A stretch of 63,170 bases of DNA, counting the filler, from Octopus bimaculoides (lineage: Eukaryota), in assembly GCF_001194135.2 (NCBI RefSeq). It is 6 parts of 6 records of this genome, joined end to end, with 100 filler letters (N's around TTAATTAATTAA, not from the genome) between each part and the next. Parts side by side here need not be neighbours in the genome. Positions count along the whole stretch, not along the records: positions 8,361 to 18,339 come from NC_068982.1; positions 18,440 to 32,263 come from NC_068993.1; 4 more parts are not named here. One strand, 5' to 3'. The translations under genes were made by a program, and so were the position numbers. The notes beneath the pieces are model-generated. The model was not told the origin of the DNA. It saw nothing but the letters and a program-made list of their open reading frames with translations, and did not search any database. This document shows positions 11,518 to 25,427 of the stretch, piece after piece (the stretch's first letter is position 1; each line of letters starts with the position of its first letter).

Positions 11518-12671
11518 TGTTACGAACGCCCGCACGCGGAGCACCTCAACGAAGAGAAAACTCTCGCGCGCGCGAACGTTGACGCTCGGTGAGTCAGGAC
11601 GTTCGCCACGACTAAGCCTAGCCGGAGCACGTAACGAAGACAACAGGCAAAAGAAGGAAGAAAAAACACGGACCATACGTTGCGTAGTGAAACTAACTTT
11701 TTTCTTTACATCACAATACAAAACAAAACATTGCGTAACAATAATTCATAACATAGTACTTGCTTCTGAAAATAAAACATGTAACAATAGCGTTTCCAAG
11801 CATTTGACAAAGTTTCAGAACATTGCATAATCAAAAGTTTACAATCAGAGTTCGTATATCAAGTCAATTAAAAGTTCTTTTACTTCTTTGTTTTTCTTTT
11901 CTTTGAACAACATGTAACAACAAAGTTCTCTCTTTTCTTTTCAACCATTTAACAAGAGTTAGCAAAGTTCTTTCTTTTCTTTTCTTTTCTTTTCTTTTCA
12001 ACCAGTTAATATCACAATTAACAAAATCTCTTTTTCTTTTAAAACATGTAACAACAAAGTACATAGTTTCTTTAAAGAAATGCAAACAAACCTTCACCGC
12101 AAGAATTTCCTTTCCTTCAAACATCCCACTACAATCACAAGAACTGACCAAGTTAGTCTACTACAATCTTTTGCCAGCCACAACAGTTCCATATCTCTGT
12201 CCCTCTCTCTCTCAGACTCTATCCATTTCTGCTGACTGGTACCTTCTGACCATAGCCTCTCTCTCTAAGCCTCTTTCTGTCAGCCTCTCTGTTCATCTTA
12301 GTTCTCTTCACTCACCGCTAGCCGTCACACACTTGTTCTTCACTGGCTGCTGGCCTTCACATCAACTGCGATCCATCTTCACTCGCTGACCGCTTCCACC
12401 AACTGCTGTACGCCAACTGCCCTGTCCCAAATCTCTGTTCTCGTATTTATGACAAATACCATAGCCAACAGTGCTACTTTAACCCCTCCACAGCTGGGTC
12501 AGTTTAGTACAGTTCCTAACTTGTTTTTCTAAACTTTCGGTGACCGGAAAGGGTCATCGATCACTCCTACGCTAAAAATAACTGTGCTTGTTGACAAGAC
12601 AAAAGAAATACCATTGTCCTCAACAACCAGAATACGGTTTCAAACCCAGCTCGGGGAATAAGGACCTAACG
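11518..12671 (-). mobile_element. LTR-like, partly CpG-rich element (possible solo LTR)
   Basis: Minus strand runs CGTTAGG...CGTAACA (near TG..CA termini), with TATA-like CATAAATA near 12450 and internal ATGTAACAACAAAGT subrepeats. No matching TSD, PBS or coding sequence found. Confidence 0.3.
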
Positions 12672-12699
12672 TTATTTTGTTTGTTTATCGGCGTCCGTA

Positions 12700-12821
12700 T
12701 CAATATAAATAAATACATACACACCTATGCACACACGTACATATATACACCCATATATATATATATATACATATATACACACATACACACATACATACAT
12801 ATATATACATACATACATACA

Positions 12822-12852
<31 letters not shown>

Positions 12853-12951
12853 CAACAATTAAATATACATATATATATATACACATATGTACACATATAC
12901 ATACACACAGATACATACAAATATGTATACATATATACATACACATAAAAA

Positions 12952-13001
<50 letters not shown>

Positions 13002-13075
13002 CACACACACATACATACATATAAATATATATATACACACACATACTCACACACATATATACAAATATATACATA
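12700..13075. repeat. Compound (TA)n/(CA)n/(CATA)n microsatellite
   Basis: Direct reading. Confidence 0.95.
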
Positions 13076-13676
13076 AAAATTAAATTTCTATTTAGGTTCA
13101 AGAAACTGCTAGTAGAAACATAAACGAAAGAGTAAAATTGAAGAAAACTGAACTACATTTGAATACATTCAAATTATAGTTAACAAGTTACAAAAGAATA
13201 AAGTTAATTAGCTAATTGAGAAAGTTAAATATTCCGAAGAAAATTAGACAGATTTATTGATTACTACGTTAATGTAGAGACCGTAAAAAAAAAAACCGGT
13301 CACATCTCAAAAAAATTCCCAAATAAAATTATGATTTATAAATTTAGTGATTACTATTAAATGAAGTAGTAAGCAAGAACACTAAATAATATCACAATAT
13401 ATATTTAAAAAAGAAACAGACAATACATATAAAGCTAGTTATATTATAAGAGAAAGATAGTATGCGTTGACAAACTGGCGATAAATATTATTTTCATATT
13501 GATGGTGAAGGGGAGGTAAATCTAGCTCTTTCATAAAAATGAGTAAATAGAGAGTAAATATATTTTATAATATGCATGAATTAATCTGGATATCGCATCG
13601 AAATGATCATAGGTCATTATCATTATCATAATAATGTATTTTCAATGGATCAGTTTTGAGCTCTCATTTAAATCGA

Positions 13677-13730
<54 letters not shown>

Positions 13731-13731
<1 letters not shown>

Positions 13732-13920
13732 GGAGAATGTACGAAAAAAAACAACAACAGACGAGGACAGGTGGTGTAAGCAACAAAAGGATGTATTAGT
13801 TTGATGCTCGGAAATACAGAAAGTCTTTAACGTTTCGAGCTACGCTCTTCAACAGAAAGAATACGGAAAAAACAAGGAGAAAAACACGTAGAAAAAAATT
13901 GAATGGTGTTTGGTCAGCGA
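13731..13920 (-). mobile_element. Family F copy 3 with hammerhead-like motif (13824-13860, minus)
   Basis: Minus strand: TCTTT-CTGTTGA-A-GAGC-GTA-GCTC-GAAA-CGTT-AAAGA; perfect 4-bp stem II. The 3' end abuts (TA)n. It may extend upstream to about 14290 (unresolved). Confidence 0.75.
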
Positions 13921-14374
13921 TTAGGTGAAGGAAAGTAAAGGAAAATATAAAGATGATAAAGGTAATAAAGGAGGTTTACATAAGTGGAAAAGTTCAAAAG
14001 TTCAAAAGTTTTTAGACGTCGTGGTATATTGAGGTGATTTCCAATCAGAAGGTGGGTCCAGTGTAATCCGTGGGTAGGAGAGGTGCAGCCGGAGGGTGTA
14101 GAGTTCAGAATAAAACAGTCCAGAAAGAATAAGTCCAGAATGAAAGAAGGTAGAATCCAGGGAAATATGAAGTACTCATCAACTTGCAGACACTGTATTC
14201 TGTTGATTAATCTGTTTATTTTATAATCAAAATAACAAAAAAGACAATATACAGACATTTCTGACATACCATGTCATATCAACAATCAAGAATTCAAATT
14301 TAAAGGACATCTAGCAATTTGAGAAGGGACATACTATCCCTTACTGGGTTGGATCCTCAACCCCTAATTCTCTT

Positions 14375-14445
<71 letters not shown>

Positions 14446-14515
14446 CACCATATATTTTTACACCACTACCTCCACTACCATCACTATCACCATCACCACT
14501 ACCAGCAGCAGCAGC

Positions 14516-14567
<52 letters not shown>

Positions 14568-14992
14568 GCAAACAACAAAATGTTCCTCAATGAGTATACA
14601 CTAAGTCATAATTTTAATACTAGCTTTGGATTTCATGTTAACATCATGCCATATTTGGGTTTGCAACGTAATATTTAGCTGTTTCATATTTCTGAGTGAA
14701 TATTTCGTAATATTTATCATTAAAACAGCGCCTTATTCCAATAATTTGCTTCTGATGTGACATTTTACATATAATTATGCTGCGGCTAATCGAATTAGCC
14801 ATGGATGTTTAGATAAATTGATTTTATATTTCTTTTTTTATGAGTGGATGGAGATTTGCTGCTGTAAATTTTCAAATCATATACGGTGTAACATATGAAC
14901 ACTACAGTTCCAAGATATTTATTCACTTGATAAAAATAATTATCTCTTACTATTCCTCTTAATTACAAATGAAATATGTTTTACTGTTTCAG

Positions 14993-15059
14993 AGGAACTA
15001 TTGTGTTGGTTTTCTTCATCATTTCTCAATTCTGTTTGTGACAAACATCTAAATGAACA
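14993..15059 (+). other. Candidate isolated 67-nt exon
   Basis: Acceptor TTTTACTGTTTCAG|A and donor CA|GTAAGT. One frame is open (ELLCWFSSSFLNSVCDKHLNE). No homology recognised. Confidence 0.3.
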
Positions 15060-17342
15060 GTAAGTATACTACCATTGGTATTTGAACCTAAACTCGACGA
15101 GGATAGAATTAACTACTGGAAAATATTAACCACGGTATACTGTGGTTGTTAATAGCCGTGTTAGAAGCAGATTTATCTGCCCTTAACTCGGCAATCAAAG
15201 CAATCACAATCATCAAAGTTAGTAATGTACATCAAACAGTGATGAATTCAGTATTACTACCTCCACTACTTTCTCTATACATTTACACTGAAACGCAAAA
15301 TAATGCGATTAAATTATGGAAACCATTGTAAATAGTTTTGAATAAAACATAAGGAGGAGATGAAATCACAATGAGTATCATTCTGATATTTTGTTCTGTG
15401 CAAGGATTGGGTTTCATTTTCCGGGTTCACAAAGTACCTTCGGGGCATACATAGAAGTTGATTGAATAGAATATACCATCGTCTTTGAATCCATTGCCGC
15501 TTATATGGATAGATATAATATTAGGTACATTATTTAGAAGATAGCCTAAAATTTTGAAGATTTGGCCAAATATATTTTTTTTTACAAAGGTAGTTCAGGT
15601 AATTCTTAATATATTTCCATCTATTGAGGAAATCACTTACTCGAAAGCGATTTTGTTTCGACGAAATATTTCTTTTCTTCGGTAAACCTACATGTTTTGA
15701 GAGATACATATAGCGTGGGATAATCATTAAATATTTTAATACAATCAGTGTAAATAAACTTGGAATACAGTCTGAAAATCGATATACTAATATAATCAGC
15801 GACTCTTTGCTTGCGAATATATAAAACGCGATATGATGAACATGATAAGTGTATAGCTGACGTCGATAATATAAGGATGAGGGTTGTTGATGTTAATATA
15901 TATATATTGTAAATTGTGCTGCAGAGCCACTTACAAACTTCTGACGAAATGAGTAGTCAATGATTATTTCTTCTTAGGCTCGGCGACAAAATTTATAAAG
16001 AAAACATTACACTGCATAGCAGATTGTGTCAAATCTAGTTTCTTCCAGATTTATTAGTACTACATACTTTAAAAGGATTTGAAACATTGAGAATATTTCT
16101 CTCCAGGTTATGAAAATATATAAGAATTTAAGAATTTTTATACAACAATATAAGTATTTAAAAATTACGTGGTATTTTGTCTGGTAGGAATTAAACAACG
16201 AGCTAAACGGTCAATGAAATAAAGTAATTTGATTATTTAAATGTTAAGAAAATGTAATCAATTGATATAAATAGCGTCTTTTCAAGTTTAATTTTTTGTC
16301 AATGAAACCCGAATATATTTGTCTATACATTTATTACTGCTCTATGAGACAAAAGGATATATCTATGACATATTTTTATAAATTCTCATTTAATAATTGA
16401 AATTCATTAAGTACCTTCTGAGAGGCAATTAAATTTTAATCTATATTGTCATAAATATTTATCACTAAGGTTGCTAAAATAGATTTGCAATGGAATCCAA
16501 ATTGTTATATTAAATAAAACGAATATAAACTCGTGCTGTCATGCCCGTAGCGGATTTTGATATACATTTGGGTTGCCTACATTTATAATCCGTTCACAAA
16601 TACATATTCATAATGAATTAGTAACAGTATCCGCATGTAAAGTTTATGACATTAGTAGTCCAGGAACTCAGAGAATTCTTAACAATACAACAGTTTAATA
16701 CTAAATTATCACATCCTACCATCTTTTGTGGTGACAGGGTAGTGCAAACTGGGTGTAATGTCGAACAATTTTGATAAAATGTGAGTAGCATTGCTGTACA
16801 AACTATTTCCAGCGTAAAATGTAATAAAGTTTATTCATTTAAAATCATTTGGGACAAATTGTTTAACCACAGACCTTAAATTCATTTAAAACTCATCAGC
16901 ATAGATGGCATAAAATTAATTTCATACTTGAAGAGTCTACGCTAAATTATGGCATGTCAGCATTTGATAAGAAGCTTATAAAATGCATTTAAGCTGTTCA
17001 AATTCTAACTCACCATTGATAAGTAGGAATAAAACGAGCTTTGTCGAATTCCTATACATGCTTAGCGATTATATTACAACTATAATTTGAATAACTTTAC
17101 TTACTGCAGTATATTTTATTAGTCTAATTTCCCTTGCATCGATATTCTGCTTATTTCAAGATTACCTTGATAAAGTTCGATGTTTAGTTATATCTGTGCA
17201 TCCGTTCCTATTTTTATTATCTATACATAGAATACAGTTAAGCAGGGTGGCCAATAACCAAATTTATGACCTCTGAATATTATTGATGATAGAGACCAGC
17301 ATCAAGGAACGACTTCTACAAACTTTCCTCAAATATATATAA

Positions 17343-17451
17343 ATGATTATTAGAGAACTGAAAATGTAACTTTTGTTAATAAATTCCGAATATAATATAT
17401 GATTATTAGAGAACTGAAAATGTAACTTTTGTTAATAAATTTCGAATATAA
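17343..17451. repeat. Recent tandem duplication, period 56 bp
   Basis: ATGATTATTAGAGAACTGAAAATGTAACTTTTGTTAATAAATT(C/T)CGAATATAA occurs twice with one mismatch. Confidence 0.9.
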
Positions 17452-18223
17452 AAGTAATGCGTGGAAAAATAACTCCAAATCAGTCAAGACAAACACAGAA
17501 AAGATCAATAAAAAGCAAGTATGTATGTACTGTTTCAGAAATAATTAATAGATTTGTTCAGTTGGAAATACTGAAAAATGTTGACATTGCATTCTTGAGA
17601 TAATAAATTCATGTAATTTTATTCAAGCCTTCATCGAAATCTGGTTAAGAATAGTTGAGTAGCAAATAGAGAGTATTCAATTTATGTCGAAGTATAAAAT
17701 AGTTTGAAAGTGAAAATCATGATGCAGTTAGGTGACACGAAAAAGACGACGTGTCTGACAAAACTCATAACTGCACTATTCTCTGGATATTCCACTGAAT
17801 TGTTGAGAGCAATGAAAGATATAATTAGAGAGTATTCAACTCGAATAGTTGTTTCTGGGTATGGAACTGGGTTAATTATCGGCAACCACATATAGAGAGA
17901 TCTAGCGTTAGATTAATGCGAAGACGCGTAATAGAACTTCTAAATACTCAACTTGATCAAAATTTGATCGAATAAAGAAGACATTCAGAGGCAACAGCAC
18001 GAATTAAAATATTTTTTGGAAATGCTAAAAATTATGCTTATGTGTGTGTTATATTTTTTATTCAGAATTCAGGTTTCGTGCGAAGGTATGAAAAAAAACC
18101 TAAATATAAAATTGAGAGAAAAAGTGATTGATGTATTTAGTAATGTGCTGGAATTATTATACTGTCTGAAATCATCTTGACGAAATCATAAAACAATTAT
18201 GGTTTCTTCCAAGTCTCCATGTA

Positions 18224-18305
<82 letters not shown>

Positions 18306-18339
18306 CCTACCTACCTATCTATCTATCTATCTATCTATC
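18224..18339. repeat. (ATCT)n microsatellite
   Basis: Direct reading. Confidence 0.95.
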
Positions 18340-19001
18340 NNNNNNNNNNNNNNNNNNNNNNNNNNNNNNNNNNNNNNNNNNNNTTAATTAATTAANNNNN
18401 NNNNNNNNNNNNNNNNNNNNNNNNNNNNNNNNNNNNNNNTATATATATGGATATATGTATGTATGTATAAATACATAAATATATATACTGTATATATATA
18501 TATGTATACACATACATACTTACACACACACATACATATATATGTGTGCGTGAGTGTGTCTGCATACATACCTATGAAACCTTATTATAAGTTGAGACAT
18601 TCTGGCTGTATGGTTGTGTGTCCTTATGCTTTTGTTAAATCTCTGTAATTTGATTGGTTTTCTGTAACATTAACCATAAATAAGCCGACGGGCGTTTAAA
18701 TTCTTAACGTTGCCTCACATTCAATCAAGATCGCATATATTCCCTAAAGGAGAAATGCGTTAGACATGGTTATCACTTAAGACACATAATTACGGTTACG
18801 TATTCACATAGACATGTTTTATACATATACACATGTATAGATAGGCATACATATATACAGGCATACTTATATACATACGTATGTATGATTGTGGTAGTTT
18901 GTAATATTATGGATTTGTGCATTAGCGCATGAGCGTCCGAAATGTGTAACGTTTTATTCAGAACATTTCTGGTAGACGCTTACGAAATATACATCTATGG
19001 A

Positions 19002-19041
<40 letters not shown>

Positions 19042-20849
19042 NNNNNNNNNNNNNNNNNNNNNNNNNNNNNNNNNNNNNNNNNNNNNNNNNNNNNNNNNNN
19101 NNNNNNNNNNNNNNNNNNNNNNNNNNNNNNNNNNNNNNNNNNNNNNNNNNNNNNNNNNNNNNNNNNNNNNNNNNNNNNNNNNNNNNNNNNNNNNNNNNNN
19201 NNNNNNNNNNNNNNNNNNNNNNNNNNNNNNNNNNNNNNTATATATTTATGTTCTTATGCAAAATACGTGCGTGTGTTTCATTCAGTAAATGATTAATGTG
19301 AATCACTAGTATTTGACTGCAAATCTCTAGGTTCAACGTTTGACCAGTATTAGAAATGAACATATGTGCTTGGATTATTTTACTTATATTTGTAATAAAT
19401 AGATATTTATTACAAAATGTTGTGCAATCAGAAATAATATTTCGAAAGATGATTAGGAAACCTTTCCAAATTCTACTCTGATGAATGGATGCATTGGGTC
19501 TAATTTACTGAACCAATTCGGTATCCAATTGAATCTGAAACAAATAATCAACTGAAACATAAATGCCCCCACCCAGCCTACGTATTTCATTGTGTTCTGA
19601 AATTAAAAATATGTACAATTCATCGTAAAATATTCACAAAGCAATACCAACCATCATGATGAGATACTATAATATATTGGACATTACAATTTTACTATAT
19701 TGCATTAAGGCATCTAATATACATAAATATTTCCTTTGACTCCTGTTTCCTTTTTGTACTTTATATTTTAGATGCTGTATGATTATTATTTGTACTATCT
19801 TTGTTACACAGAATTTTTTCTCCTCAAAGTAACGTGTCCACTAATATTTAAGAACCGTCCAACGTCACTAATTCATAAACGACTCTTCTAATGTAAAAAC
19901 ACAGGACTTTGCTAATAACGCCATAACAACTTTGCTCCTAACGCTCATAACAAATTCAGTCATAACTCCTAGCCGAAGCAATATGTTTTAACTCACAACA
20001 TTCTCACTGAATCTCAATAATCAGGTTTCGTTCTCACCTTTCCCTTTCATTGGTGTTGTACTTAAATCGTCTATATTTCTGGGTTGCGTGTATTTGGGGG
20101 AGAACACACACATACACACACACACGCAGACGCACGCACGCTCAGACTTAAATATACATATATCATGTGGCGTACACAGTATAAGGATATGAGCTACTAA
20201 TAGTTCCTTCCCTTCTGACGCCTGTTAAAGCAGCTCTTATAATCTGTCTTGTATCTCAAAGCAATGTTCGTTCTCCGAGGACATGGTCTGTTCTATTTTT
20301 AACAACGCTCGATTGAACTATCATACAACTCCTGCCCCTGTATGAAGAACATTATTTTATTCTCCCTGTGTCTTGTGAGAAACTGTCATCATTATGCTCT
20401 AAGATTAGGCATTATTAAAGTTTATTCAATCATGGTTTGTATATATGTATGAATATATTTTCTTTGTTTATTCGTATTCGATGTATGGTATTGACTGATC
20501 AAGAGTAAAGTGGGAAGACTCGGAATTTGGTGACTTCTTTTTCCATTATATATCTTTGTATCAACTCAATGAGATCTGTCTGGTACTAGGGTCTCGAATT
20601 TGTTGCCGATGAATACGTACCCTATTTCTGTGTGAATCCTTTACATTTAACAGCATATATTCAAATGTTTTAGCGAGCAGGTGAAATGCGTTTTTTGTTG
20701 TTTTTTTTTTTTGTTAAAAATCTCACTGACTTAAATTTATACGTTTTGTCTTCAATGAGGTTAAACTCCTTAAACTGAACGGATTTCATATTTGGCTACA
20801 CAATATAGAAATCTCGGTGGATAAAACGGAATAGAGGTAATACGTGTAT

Positions 20850-21020
20850 GCTCTTCTTCTCCTCCTCCTCCTTCTTCTGTGCCTCATTCTTCTTCTTCTT
20901 CTTCTTCTCCTTCTTCTTCTTCTTCTTCTTCTTCTTCTTCTTCTTCTTCTTCTTCTACTACATATTCTCCTCCTCCTCCCCCCTCCCCCTAATTTTTCTT
21001 CTTCCTATTATTATTATTAT

Positions 21021-21074
<54 letters not shown>

Positions 21075-21144
21075 TACTATCTTCCTCCACTTGTTCTACT
21101 ACCGCTTCTACATTTACTGCTACTACTACTAGTACTACTAATAT

Positions 21145-21190
<46 letters not shown>

Positions 21191-21470
21191 GCTACTGCTA
21201 CTGCTGCTGCTGCTGCTGTTACTGCTGCTGTTGCTGCTGCCTCTACTTTATCTTCTTTTTCTCTGCTTCTTCCACTACTCGTTCTCTCGCATTTCTTTCT
21301 TTTCCTTCTCTTCCTTCTGTTCATTTTGTTCGACGACGAAAACGACGACGGCGATGACGACACTGTGAACGACGGCGGTGACGACGAACACGGCAACTAC
21401 GACAATGACGACGGACGACCGTTGATGGCGGAGGGTCGTGGCGATCGCGACGAACACGATGACGAATATG
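20850..21470. repeat. Compound trinucleotide array (CTT, CTC, TAT, TAG, CTA, CTG, GAC)
   Basis: Direct reading. Confidence 0.95.
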
Positions 21471-22439
21471 AGACGAGGATGAAAAGAAAGGTTCAGTTAG
21501 AAACAAGGAATGGCATCCGAAGACAGAAACAGCTTATACATATACGGCAGCTAAAGTGCCACTATTTTGGATATGAATGGGCTGTCAACAACACAAATAA
21601 TACTACGGTACAGCTTCCCATAATTAGCTCAAACATTCTTTACATAGCAAGATGCCTTCATCCTTCGAAAAATTCCTTTGTCTGGATTCNNNNNNNNNNN
21701 NNNNNNNNNNNNNNNNNNNNNNNNNNNNNNNNNNNNNNNNNNNNNNNNNNNNNNNNNNNNNNNNNNNNNNNNNNNNNNNNNNNNNNNNNNNNNNNNNNNN
21801 NNNNNNNNNNNNNNNNNNNNNNNNNNNNNNNNNNNNNNNNNNNNNNNNNNNNNNNNNNNNNNNNNNNNNNNNNNNNNNNNNNNNNNNNNNNNNNNNNNNN
21901 NNNNNNNNNNNNNNNNNNNNNNNNNNNNNNNNNNNNNNNNNNNNNNNNNNNNNNNNNNNNNNNNNNNNNNNNNNNNNNNNNNNNNNNNNNNNNNNNNNNN
22001 NNNNNNNNNNNNNNNNNNNNNNNNNNNNNNNNNNNNNNNNNNNNNNNNNNNNNNNNNNNNNNNNNNNNNNNNNNNNNNNNNNNNNNNNNNNNNNNNNNNN
22101 NNNNNNNNNNNNNNNNNNNNNNNNNNNNNNNNNNNNNNNNNNNNNNNNNNNNNNNNNNNNNNNNNNNNNNNNNNNNNNNNNNNNNNNNNNNNNNNNNNNN
22201 NNNNNNNNNNNNNNNNNNNNNNNNNNNNNNNNNNNNNNNNNNNNNNNNNNNNNNNNNNNNNNNNNNNNNNNNNNNNNNNNNNNNNNNNNNNNNNNNNNNN
22301 NNNNNNNNNNNNNNNNNNNNNNNNNNNNNNNNNNNNNNNNNNNNNNNNNNNNNNNNNNNNNNNNNNNNNNNNNNNNNNNNNNNNNNNNNNNNNNNNNNNN
22401 NNNNNTATATATATATGGTTTCCGCTTCTTATGTTCATT

Positions 22440-22600
22440 GGCATCATCGTCCTCACCATCATCGTCATCGTCGTCGTCGTCATCATCGTTTTCTTCATTA
22501 CCGTTCTTACCGTCTTCGCTCCGACACCGTTGCTATTGTCCTCTGCGCCGTCGTCTCACTATCGCTAGCATCGTCGTCGTCGTTGTCGTCACCACCATCG

Positions 22601-22636
<36 letters not shown>

Positions 22637-22680
22637 CCGCCACCACCATCATCATCATCATCCCCATCATCATCATCAAC

Positions 22681-22717
<37 letters not shown>

Positions 22718-22766
22718 CCACCACCAGCATCATCATCATCATCAACATCATCGTCAACATCATCAT

Positions 22767-22806
<40 letters not shown>

Positions 22807-23100
22807 GGCAGCAGCAGCAAGGCCGTCATTATTATAATTACATACTTCTCGCTAATCTCCTGTTTTGTTTCCGTTTCGCTTTTCTCTTCATAGAATTTTT
22901 TCGCCGCTATTGATGTCTGCTTCACTTTTTTTTTGTTGTTTTTTTTTTTGCTTTTGTCTTACTGTCGGTTGCTCTACTTACTCTATTATCGCTATTCCCA
23001 TAACTACAACTGCTGCGCTTTTTCTGCCGCCCTGCCACTACTACTACTACTACGACGACGACGACGACGACGATGACGATGACGATGATGACGATTACGA
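22440..23100. repeat. Compound trinucleotide array (CAT, CGT, CAC, CAG, CTA, GAC, GAT)
   Basis: Direct reading. Confidence 0.95.
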
Positions 23101-24059
23101 TTAATGAGTGCTATCACGATTTCAAGTACGATCGTAACCTACGCTAGTTACTTGATATGGCCGTTTTGAAAAGAATTATGTTGTGCCTTCATCTAATTTA
23201 GTATTATCAAATAAACACGTCCGAAATCAGTAAGCAAATGGCGTACACTTTTCTGAGGCCTAACCTGTTGATAAGCATGGAGAAACGTAATCCAGTCACC
23301 AGTTCGGTTATGCCTAACATTAACATTTTAAGAAATGTTGTTTATCGTCGCTTAAGTCATTGTCTGCCAGTTAATTTAAGCTCATATACAAGAACTACTG
23401 CGGAGACAACACAATCATTTCAGAACTTTTTTTTAATATCACGACGCACGTTAATCTAATCTGTATTCCCATATTCCTTCTTTTGTAGTTCTTGTTTTTG
23501 TTTTCTTGCCACTGTTTCAATGGCTGTCTATAAATGTCACACATTAAAGTGCATGCGAACTTTTATTCTAGAGTTTACTCTCCTGTTAACACTGTTTATG
23601 TTGCTACTTCCACACCAACGATATATCGCAAGGGTATTTGGTTTAATCCACCTACAGGAAACAGTAGGCAGCTTAGCCCTCAGTCAACACCCTGAAGTAT
23701 GCAATTAAGTCAGGAAACATTATCTACACGAAGATACCCTTTATATATACCCTTTTATGTACCTTTTATAATGCATGCCCGTCTGAGCAGAGAAAGATGT
23801 AAAAGCGTTGTATCTATATATAACATTTTACTAGATTGTAAAAGAGGTACGAGCCTGACTTGATAGCATGTTGCTATAGAATTTCTTTGGCGACAAATGA
23901 TCTTCCAGATTGGCACCACTTACAAACCCACAATACTAGCGGCTTAAATATATTGGTAGGACTTATTTGCTTATATCATGTGTCTGTAGCCCCGTAGCAG
24001 TTAGTTGCAGTTGAGAAAATTCTATTTTATTTCAATACTATTCTTTACTATACAATGCA

Positions 24060-24690
24060 TCAACAGTGGCGTATTCATCACATTAAGTAGTTTATGCAAG
24101 AAGGTAGTCTTAACGCAAAATATGTCTGTATTCAAAAGAAGGAGCATCAACCAGCATTCTTTGACCCTTGGTACGAATTTTTGCGGAACCTAATTACCTT
24201 TTCACTTTCATAAATATACTGCTTATCAATCCACTATTTTGTGCACTCCAGTATTAAAAAATCACACTGTAATCCTACCTGTTTTGTCAAGTGAAACTTT
24301 GACATGTGTAACACACATGATATCAGTCGTTTAAATATAATGGTAAGACTAATTTGCATACATAAGGCTTCCGTGGTGTCATACTAGTGAGTAGTAGAAA
24401 ATACTGTTTTATTTCAATGACATTCTGTATTATACAATGTATTAAAAATGGCGTATACACCACTTTAAGCTTAGAGTTGTAGCTGGTTTAAACGTAAATA
24501 TATATTTCTATCCAAAAGAAGCGAAATCAATCAACATTTTTAGATCGTTGCTTAGAATTTTCCTGTAACTAAGTACCTCTTTAACTACTTAGATATATTA
24601 CTTATAAATCCACTATTTTGTTCACTTTAGTATTTAGAAATAACACTGGAATCCCATTAATTTGTTAATTTAGAACTTTGACACATGTCT
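24060..24690. repeat. Old diverged direct duplication (~250-bp unit, ~385-bp period)
   Basis: Shared anchors in order: TGGCGTAT, CAAAAGAAG, AATCCACTATTTTGT, ACACTG..ATCC, AACTTTGACA. Confidence 0.55.
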
Positions 24691-25427
24691 CAATCATGCT
24701 AGTTGTTTCATCCAGTTTTGTTGGTCCCTAATATGAGCGCTCTCACAAACAGTGATTCTGTAAGTTAGTACAAATGTTACTTAGATGCTAATGAATCCGC
24801 AACATAGGACTGAAACTTGGCCAGTTGATACTTCTTTCTTTATCCATGAGAATAATATAAACAAGGTGTTTGCATCAGGCTGTACATACATTATAGCATT
24901 CAAATAATTTACTTTTAACGCATCGGTAATTAGTTTATGAAGTCCCGAATAACCCGAACAGACAGGAAAATCTCGCCTAGAATCACCGTAATAGTAGTTC
25001 TACTGATCAAAACTGACATTTGACTTGTGGTTCTGTTTTGATTAAAATGTTGAATGATCAATAATAAAAACAAATTGACAGGACAGAATTATTTTCCACA
25101 ATGTATATTAATAGCACCACGCGATTTTATATAAATAATATACAATTTGTTGTATGCACATGATGCTTGCAAATTAAGAAATAATGAAATTGTCACAAAA
25201 TAAGAGTTGGAATATATAAGTTTACGATATAGCATCTAGCAGCAAAAACGGTAGTTTCTTAGAAATTTGAGGGATGACAAATATCTCATGAGACGTAATA
25301 CGTAATACAAAAAGCTTCCAGCCGGAAGTCGGTTGTTCCCTTCAGAGTGATAAACTTCAGGTTTTGATAAGCTCCACCAAACATTCTGGAATATGGTATG
25401 GGACATGAAGAAGAATCCGAAATAGTG

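Larger units (their letters stand above)
10447..13677. mobile_element. 3.2-kb segment bounded by ~118-bp inverted repeats (possible non-autonomous DNA transposon)
   Basis: 10447-10564 (ATCGATTTAAATGAGAGCTCAAAACTGATCCATTGAAAA..) is the reverse complement of 13560-13677 with a few mismatches. Both outer ends lie against TA-rich sequence. No transposase seen. Confidence 0.45.

Noticed and set aside
17682-17891. Minus ORF with a GPCR TM5-like stretch (VVFFVSPNCIMIFTFKLFY)
   Set aside because: Only 69 aa, bounded by stops, no neighbouring TM segments.
21068-22893. 589-aa and 413-aa ORFs, and other long ORFs containing X runs
   Set aside because: Created by N gaps and trinucleotide repeats lacking stops.
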